Source: Abditibacterium sp.
GTDB taxonomy: Bacteria > Armatimonadota > Abditibacteriia > Abditibacteriales > Abditibacteriaceae
Assembly (NCBI GenBank): GCA_965199495.1
Contig: CBDASK010000003.1
Span: 4,448,001 to 4,512,000, forward strand
DNA length: 64,000 bases
Direction: 5' to 3'
The position numbers and the translations under genes are program-made. The notes below the pieces were generated by a model, which was not told the origin of the DNA, searched no databases, and saw only the letters and a program-made list of their open reading frames with translations. Of this stretch, positions 58,188-64,000 are shown one piece after another (position 1 is the stretch's first letter; each line of letters opens with the position of its first letter).

Positions 58188-59465
58188 ATGGCCAATCCGC
58201 TCCGTGACTTACTTTTCGGCACCGTTGCCGCGCCCAAAAAACCTCTGGCCGATTCCATCGTGCCGCGCCGCTCGTTCGCCGATGTCATCCTGCCCGCCTC
58301 GACGCATCAAGCGCTCGAATGGGCTTTGATTCAAATTAAAAAAGCCGATCTGATTTTCGAGCAATGGGGGCTGGGCGAGCGCCATTCGAGCGGCAAAGGT
58401 CTGGCGTTCAACTTCGCCGGGCCGCCCGGCACCGGCAAAACGATTTGCGCCGAAGCCATCGCGCACGAACTGGGCAAAGCGTTGTTTATCGTGCGCTACG
58501 CCGAAATGGAAAGTTTGTGGGCGGGCGAAACCGGCAAAAACGTGGCGGCGGTTTTTCGCGCCGCAACCGAATCGGACGCGGTTTTGTTTTTCGATGAAGC
58601 CGACGCCATCGCCTCGCGGCGTTTTGGCAGCGTAACGCAAGGTTATCAGCGCGAATCGAACGCGGTCGTCAACGTTTTGCTCAAAGAATTGGAAGATTTC
58701 GCGGGCGTGGTGATTTTCGCCACCAACATCGCCAGCAACTTCGACCCGGCGTTCGAGCGGCGCATCCGCACGCACATTCTGTTCGATATGCCCGATGCTC
58801 CGGCGCGCGAGAAAATCTGGAAAGTGCAATTGCACGCCGGAAAAACGCCTTTGGCCGACGATGTCGATTTCAAAAAGTTGGGCGAGGACTACGCCGTGGC
58901 TGGTGGCGACATCAAGAACGCCGTTTTGAAAGCCGCGCAGATGGCCTCAGCCGAACCCGGCCCCGACGCCGCAAAGAAGATTCATCAACGCCATTTCATC
59001 GCGGGCATCGAAGAAGTGAAAGCCTCCAAACGCGTGATGGAACAGTCCATTATTGACGGCGACGGCAGCGCGCGCCCGCAGATGGATCAAAACGTGATGG
59101 CCGGGATTTCGGCGGCGTTTGAACAACTGGCGCAAAACGATCAAAACATGGGCAACGATTTGCGCGCGACGATGGAGCGCAGCGAAATCATGGAGCAACA
59201 GTTGGCCTCGATTCCCGAAATCTTGAATCGGTTCGAGGAAGCGAACACCGCTTCGCGCGTGGCTTTGAAAGACGAATTGAGCGCGCGTGTTGATGGAATC
59301 GGCAAAGATGTCAACGAGAAATTCACCGACATCAAAGCCGATTTGGCGCGCGGCGACGAACGCGGAATGTCGGCGGCGGGTCAACTCAAAGTCGCTTTAA
59401 CAGTCGGAGTTTTAGGGTTAGTCGCGGGCTTTGGCGGGCTAATCGTGGCGCTAATGTCGAGGTAA
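58188..59465 (+). CDS. AAA+ ATPase with C-terminal coiled coil and TM anchor
   Basis: GPPGTGKT, FFDEAD, ATN, FDPAFERRI; hydrophobic C-terminus. Confidence 0.85.
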   Translation: MANPLRDLLFGTVAAPKKPLADSIVPRRSFADVILPASTHQALEWALIQIKKADLIFEQWGLGERHSSGKGLAFNFAGPPGTGKTICAEAIAHELGKALFIVRYAEMESLWAGETGKNVAAVFRAATESDAVLFFDEADAIASRRFGSVTQGYQRESNAVVNVLLKELEDFAGVVIFATNIASNFDPAFERRIRTHILFDMPDAPAREKIWKVQLHAGKTPLADDVDFKKLGEDYAVAGGDIKNAVLKAAQMASAEPGPDAAKKIHQRHFIAGIEEVKASKRVMEQSIIDGDGSARPQMDQNVMAGISAAFEQLAQNDQNMGNDLRATMERSEIMEQQLASIPEILNRFEEANTASRVALKDELSARVDGIGKDVNEKFTDIKADLARGDERGMSAAGQLKVALTVGVLGLVAGFGGLIVALMSR

Positions 59466-59496
59466 ATCCGAGTTCCGGTGTCATAGCAACAACAGC

Positions 59497-59566
59497 GGGG
59501 CTAACGCACCCTTCCAATCGGCGGAGTTCATAGAAAGACGATTGATTGGAAGGGTGCGTTAGCCCC
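59497..59566. repeat. REP-like inverted repeat with 23-bp perfect arms
   Basis: GGGGCTAACGCACCCTTCCAATC ... GATTGGAAGGGTGCGTTAGCCCC. Confidence 0.75.
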
Positions 59567-59646
59567 CGCTCCAAGCGAAGCGCCTGCTCCAAAATTGATG
59601 GGCGCAACACGTCTGTTCAAAACGCGTTTCACGCCGTATAACCAAC

Positions 59647-59685
59647 AAAAACGCCGCGCAGTTTTTCTGACTGCGCGGCATTTTT
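59647..59685. terminator. Bidirectional terminator
   Basis: AAAAACGCCGCGCAG...CTGCGCGGCATTTTT. Confidence 0.7.
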
Positions 59686-59699
59686 GTTTCAAACCATAT

Positions 59700-60452
59700 C
59701 TACTCAACGGCCCTGTCTGCGCCGGGCGAGTCATGTAAAGCCACGCGAAAATCGGTGCTTTTCTTCTGGCCGCGTTCGTTGTAAAGCACAACCGAATAAA
59801 CCAAATCCTTGACTTGCGTTCCTGCGGGCACAGCGAACACGATGTTAAACGGAATCGCCGCGCCCGGCAAGGCATAACGGCCAACGGGCGAACCTTCATC
59901 GGAGGTTACATCGTAAGTCTTGGGCTGATAGGAACCTTCATTTTGATCGGTCAGCGAAGTATTCATACCCCAATCAATGACGCTACTGCCCGACGGAAAG
60001 GCGAATTCGGCTTTCTGGGGCGTGCCATTTTTCAGGCGGCACGAAACTACGATTAAATCATTGCCAGCTTCCGATTCTTCGGCATCTTTGCCCGCGTGGC
60101 TATCGGGATATTTGCGAACCCATTGTTTGGTGCGCGTCACGCCGGTCACGGTAAAACGCCATTTGCCCGAAAACAGCTCTTCGCCCTGATCGCCCTTGAG
60201 CTTGTTGGCGACCTGATTGGCTCCACCCGCCGGGCGCAAAGTAATCTGTCCGTTCGCCACCGACTTTTGCATCTTCAACGCACGAGCCACGTCGTCGAGC
60301 GGCACCCACGTTTTGCCGCCAATCACGCGCGTTTGCGTATTGACAACGTTGCCGTTGATGCTCAATTTGATGGCGCCCTGCGCCCACGCCACACCTGTAA
60401 AGATAATTGCGCTTGTGGCGAGCGCGCTCCCCCATGCCATTTGTTTTTTCAT
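59700..60452 (-). CDS. Secreted protein: copper-amine-oxidase-N-like stalk plus DUF4352-like domain
   Basis: Signal peptide; IGGKTWVPLDDVARAL; IVFAVP. Confidence 0.55.
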   Translation of the reverse strand: MKKQMAWGSALATSAIIFTGVAWAQGAIKLSINGNVVNTQTRVIGGKTWVPLDDVARALKMQKSVANGQITLRPAGGANQVANKLKGDQGEELFSGKWRFTVTGVTRTKQWVRKYPDSHAGKDAEESEAGNDLIVVSCRLKNGTPQKAEFAFPSGSSVIDWGMNTSLTDQNEGSYQPKTYDVTSDEGSPVGRYALPGAAIPFNIVFAVPAGTQVKDLVYSVVLYNERGQKKSTDFRVALHDSPGADRAVE

Positions 60453-60616
60453 TGTTTCTCTCCTTAAATTCGTTCGTCACGAATTCAGCTATTATCTTTC
60501 CATATTCACGAGAAATTCGCAATTGACACGCGACAAGCGTTTCAGCCATCTTTTTTCCACCTTCGTTGAGTGCTGACATCGAGTAAAATTTAAGGCGATC
60601 CCCAGGAGGATTTCTC

Positions 60617-61588
60617 ATGCCCGTTGATACCGGACTTAAAACTTTCATCTTCTTTGTCGTGCTGATTATCGGCGGCGTTGTGTCGTCGGTGCTGTGGAAC
60701 CTCAATCCGCTTTTGGGCGCGTTCATGGGCATCATCACTTTCTTCGCGGCGTGGCTGATCGCGTCGGCGGTGCGCATGATCGCGCAATGGGAAAAAGCCG
60801 TGGTTTTGCAACTGGGCAAATATCAAGGCCTCAAAGGGCCGGGCCTGTTTTTCATCACGCCGCTCGTGCAAAGCGTTTCGCGCGTCATTGACACCCGCGT
60901 GATTTCTTCGACCTTTAACGCCGAAGGCACAATCACCGCCGATACCGTTCCCGTTGACGTGGACGCGGTTTTGTTTTGGCGCGTCTTCAACGCCGAACGC
61001 GCCGTTTTAGAAGTGCAGGATTACGCGCAATCGGTCGGCTGGGCCTCGCAAACCGCGCTCCGCGACGTGATTGGCCGCTCCACATTGGCAGATATTTTGT
61101 CGAGCCGCGACAAAATTGACAGCGCGTTGCGCACAATTATTGACCGGCAAACCGAGCCGTGGGGCGTGCGCGTCGAGAGCGTGCAAATCCGCGACGTGAC
61201 GATTCCCGATGCGCTCCAAGACGCCATGAGCCGCCAAGCACAGGCCGAGCGCGAACGTCAGGCGCGCATTATTTTGGGCGAATCGGAAACCCAAGTCGCC
61301 GCCAAGTTCATGGAAGCCGCCAAGCTCTACGAACAGTCGCCGACCGCTTTGCATCTGCGCGCGATGAATATGCTATACGAAGGCATGAAAGACAAAGCCT
61401 CGACGATCATCGTGCCCTCGTCGGCCCTCGAAACGATGAATCTGGGCGCGATTAACATGGCGGCGTTGCAAAACCAATTGCAAATTGACCCGAAAACGCC
61501 GGTGCAAGCACCCGTTGCGGTTCGCACGCCAACAGCAGCCACGCCGCCCGCGCCGCCGAGCGGCGGTTATTTGCCGGGGCAGATTTAA
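60617..61588 (+). CDS. SPFH/stomatin (slipin) family protein
   Basis: QWEKAVV.LG, GPGLFF, QTALRDVIG, WGVRV, QAQAERERQA. Confidence 0.92.
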   Translation: MPVDTGLKTFIFFVVLIIGGVVSSVLWNLNPLLGAFMGIITFFAAWLIASAVRMIAQWEKAVVLQLGKYQGLKGPGLFFITPLVQSVSRVIDTRVISSTFNAEGTITADTVPVDVDAVLFWRVFNAERAVLEVQDYAQSVGWASQTALRDVIGRSTLADILSSRDKIDSALRTIIDRQTEPWGVRVESVQIRDVTIPDALQDAMSRQAQAERERQARIILGESETQVAAKFMEAAKLYEQSPTALHLRAMNMLYEGMKDKASTIIVPSSALETMNLGAINMAALQNQLQIDPKTPVQAPVAVRTPTAATPPAPPSGGYLPGQI

Positions 61589-61602
61589 TTTCGCCGATGT
61601 AA

Positions 61603-61660
61603 AAGCGAAATAACAGCAAAGGGCGCGACAATTGTCGCGCCCTTTGCTGTTATTTCGCTT
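61603..61660. terminator. Perfect 58-bp palindrome between convergent genes
   Basis: AAGCGAAATAACAGCAAAGGGCGCGACAA|TTGTCGCGCCCTTTGCTGTTATTTCGCTT. Confidence 0.8.
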
Positions 61661-61697
61661 CGCTCCACCGCACAGGTGCGAAGAAGCTCCGTCTCGT

Positions 61698-62423
61698 TTA
61701 TTGCTGCGGTTTTTCAACCGCGAAATCTTCCGGTTTTTCCTGCGGTTGCCAGCCCAAAATTTCGAGCGTCGGTTGCAATTCCATCTGTTCTTCGGGCGTT
61801 TTCGAGGTCGCATTTACAATCGCGTAACCGATCCCCTCTTTCTCGATGGCGGCGCGAAAAACGCCGACGGCATCGCGCGGGGAAAGCCAGATATTGCGCA
61901 TGCCCTGATAGGCCAAACGCGGCGAATCGTATTCTTCAAACGCGCCCAGGCGCAAAGCGATAAATTCCAGCCCGTATTTATCGTGATAATAACGTCCCAG
62001 CGTTTCGCCCCAGACTTTGGTCACGCCATACATCGAGTTGGGGCGCGGCAACGAGACCACATCCATTACGCCCGATTCGCCGCGCCGGTTAAAACCGACG
62101 GCCTGAATCGAAGACGCGAAGACCACGCGGCGCACATTTTCCAAGCGCGCAGCTTCCAAAACGTTGAAAACGCCGATGACGTTGGGATCGAGCAACTTTT
62201 CCATGAAGGGCGCTTCGTCGCTGGTCGCCGCCAGATGAACGACGACATCAACACCGCGCATGGCGGCGCGAAGCGGCTCGATTTCGCTCATATCGCCGAC
62301 GAAACTTTGCGGTTCGGGCGCTGGCTTCAAATCGAAGGTCGCCAGATCGTAGCAATCGCGAAACGGGCCGACCAGATGCGGCCCCAAACGCCCCGAAGGG
62401 CCAGTCAATAAAACTTTTAACAA
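61698..62423 (-). CDS. NAD-dependent epimerase/dehydrogenase (uronate dehydrogenase-like SDR)
   Basis: TGPSGRLG, VVHLAA, VVFASS, YGVTK, WLSPRD. Confidence 0.8.
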   Translation of the reverse strand: MLKVLLTGPSGRLGPHLVGPFRDCYDLATFDLKPAPEPQSFVGDMSEIEPLRAAMRGVDVVVHLAATSDEAPFMEKLLDPNVIGVFNVLEAARLENVRRVVFASSIQAVGFNRRGESGVMDVVSLPRPNSMYGVTKVWGETLGRYYHDKYGLEFIALRLGAFEEYDSPRLAYQGMRNIWLSPRDAVGVFRAAIEKEGIGYAIVNATSKTPEEQMELQPTLEILGWQPQEKPEDFAVEKPQQ

Positions 62424-62426
62424 ATC

Positions 62427-62957
62427 CTAATTTTCTCCCAGTGTCGCTTGAATAAGCGGCAACAGTTTATTGGGTTTCCACAATTGGCGGTCATTGTCAT
62501 AAAACTCGCCGTTGATAAAAACCGTCGGCGTGCCGTGCGCGCCACTGCGATGCCCGCTTTCGACCGATTCTTCGACGCTCGCGCGCGTTTCGGGCGCCTT
62601 CATCGCTTCGGTAAATTCGGCGCGCCCAATGCCGACCTGCGCGGCATAACCGATCAAATCCTCATCTTCGAGCATTTTTTGGTTGGCGAACAACAAATCG
62701 TGCATTTCCCAGAACGATTCGCCACTGGCTTCAGCGGCTAAGGCCGCACTAAACGCGTGCGGATGAAGGTCGGACAAAGGGAACGCGCGGAAAATCAGGC
62801 ACATTTTCTCGCCTAATTCGGTTTGTAATTGGTTGAGCAAAGGAGCGAGGGCGCCCGAATACGGGCACGCGAAATCGCCGTAATGAACGACAACAAGCGG
62901 CGCATTCAAATCGCCGCGCGCGTGATCGAGCGGCAGAGGTTGGGGAGTGAGAGACAT
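62427..62957 (-). CDS. DsbA-family thioredoxin-fold protein with a CxxS motif
   Basis: YGDFACPYS, FPL...HP.A..AA, GTPTVFING; start taken at MSLTP because the track start lies inside a REP. Confidence 0.8.
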   Translation of the reverse strand: MSLTPQPLPLDHARGDLNAPLVVVHYGDFACPYSGALAPLLNQLQTELGEKMCLIFRAFPLSDLHPHAFSAALAAEASGESFWEMHDLLFANQKMLEDEDLIGYAAQVGIGRAEFTEAMKAPETRASVEESVESGHRSGAHGTPTVFINGEFYDNDRQLWKPNKLLPLIQATLGEN

Positions 62958-62998
62958 AGAAAAGGATAAAAGTCGGCGGTTTTGTAGAGTTACTGCGG

Positions 62999-63099
62999 CC
63001 CGTAGAGACACCGATTTATCGTGTCTAAAACGTCGGACTTGCCGCAACAGCTGCGGGTTCATTCACGTTTTAGACACGATAAATCGGTGTCTCTACGGG
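62999..63099. repeat. GTAG-type REP doublet with perfect 35-bp arms
   Basis: 62999-63033 / 63065-63099. Confidence 0.92.
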
Positions 63100-63135
63100 G
63101 CTGAAACCCTGCCAAAACACACGCAGAAATATTGT

Positions 63136-64000
63136 TCAGTTTTGCAGAAGTTGTTTAACGAACGCAGCGCCGCCCGCGTTTGCGTTTTCGTCGAGCCAAT
63201 TTTGCAGCAACGCGCGCGATTCGTCGGGCGAAACGCCGCCCAAAAAGCGGGGGAAACGCGCATCGGGCGTGCGAATGCCCGAAACACGAGCCACGCCGCC
63301 GTTGAACGGCGCTTTGAGCGCATAAATCACGCTTTCGATGCCCGCTTCCAGCGCGGCGCCCGCGCACATTACGCACGGTTCGAGCGTCGTCACCAAAATC
63401 GCGCCTCGGTCGTCGGGCGCAAGTTTGCCGGCGGCATCGGCAAACGCCATCATCTCGGCGTGCGCGACGTGGCTGTTTGTCGCGTGCGCGCAATTCCAGC
63501 CGCGCGCCATAATTGCGCCGCTTCCATCGGCGATAACCGCGCCAATCGGCATTTCGCCGTTGTTCTCGCCTTCGCGCGCGGCATCGAGAGCGGCGCGCAT
63601 TAATTCGTGGATTTTCTCGTCGCTCCACTTGACCGAACCCGGCGAAGCGATCTCCATTGCTTTGTCGAAATCATCGCACAAGTCGGCCAGCGTCGGGTAA
63701 ACCGCGCGCGCTCCGGCCTCGCGCAAATCGGCGGGTTCGTGTTGGCCATCGCCCACGCAAAAGCAAGCCACGCCCGCCTCGCGACAGGCGCGCGCATCGT
63801 AAATCGTGTCGCCGACAAACGCGCAGGCGAGCGGCGGTAATCCCAATTTTTGCGTCGCCGCGCTGATAATATCGGGCGCGGGCTTGCTGGTTTTGGCGTC
63901 GTCGCTCGTCACAATCGTCGGAAACAATTCGCGCCATTTCACGCCGCACGACGCTTCAACCGCGTCCATCACGCTGCTTTCGCCCGAAGTCGCGAGCGCG
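63136..64000 (-). CDS. HAD-family hydrolase fused to a TadA-like nucleoside deaminase; 5' end beyond the window
   Basis: KPAPD and FVGDTIYD (HAD), then HAEMMA and TTLEPCVMC (Zn deaminase). Confidence 0.8.
   Translation of the reverse strand, partial: ALATSGESSVMDAVEASCGVKWRELFPTIVTSDDAKTSKPAPDIISAATQKLGLPPLACAFVGDTIYDARACREAGVACFCVGDGQHEPADLREAGARAVYPTLADLCDDFDKAMEIASPGSVKWSDEKIHELMRAALDAAREGENNGEMPIGAVIADGSGAIMARGWNCAHATNSHVAHAEMMAFADAAGKLAPDDRGAILVTTLEPCVMCAGAALEAGIESVIYALKAPFNGGVARVSGIRTPDARFPRFLGGVSPDESRALLQNWLDENANAGGAAFVKQLLQN

Noticed and set aside
62427..62957. CxxS motif as evidence of a pseudogene
   Set aside because: The ORF is intact and CxxS variants are common in thioredoxin-fold proteins.

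Overview
GC-rich bacterial chromosomal window. The gene content (many prepilin-like DUF1559/H-X9-DG proteins, a DUF6785-type transporter, an SBP-permease fusion, LysS-KTSC) suggests Abditibacteriota/Armatimonadota; this is an inference. Positions 1-49 kb are an array of carbohydrate-utilisation loci: GH106, GH2 x2, GH127/146, GH31, GH76, GH125, four SGNH-type esterases, two sugar ABC systems plus MsmX, and AraC x2 and LacI regulators. These loci carry five pilin-like DUF1559 genes and no SusC/SusD or TonB-dependent receptor. Positions 49-64 kb are mostly housekeeping or unknown genes. Most unusual signals read from the sequence: (1) a non-palindromic, strand-balanced, frame-independent 8-mer CAGCCACG (>=43 copies by hand count) that resembles a DNA uptake sequence; (2) a second tRNA-Gly(TCC) with the features of non-proteinogenic glycyl-tRNAs; (3) a shared promoter YGTTTNAR-N10-TTTGGGTATAAT and three CG-centred operator families controlling the DUF1559/CAZyme loci; (4) nested REP-like inverted repeats with perfect arms up to 129 bp, plus a 58-bp spacerless palindrome. 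All family assignments are from motif recognition by eye; no database searches were run.
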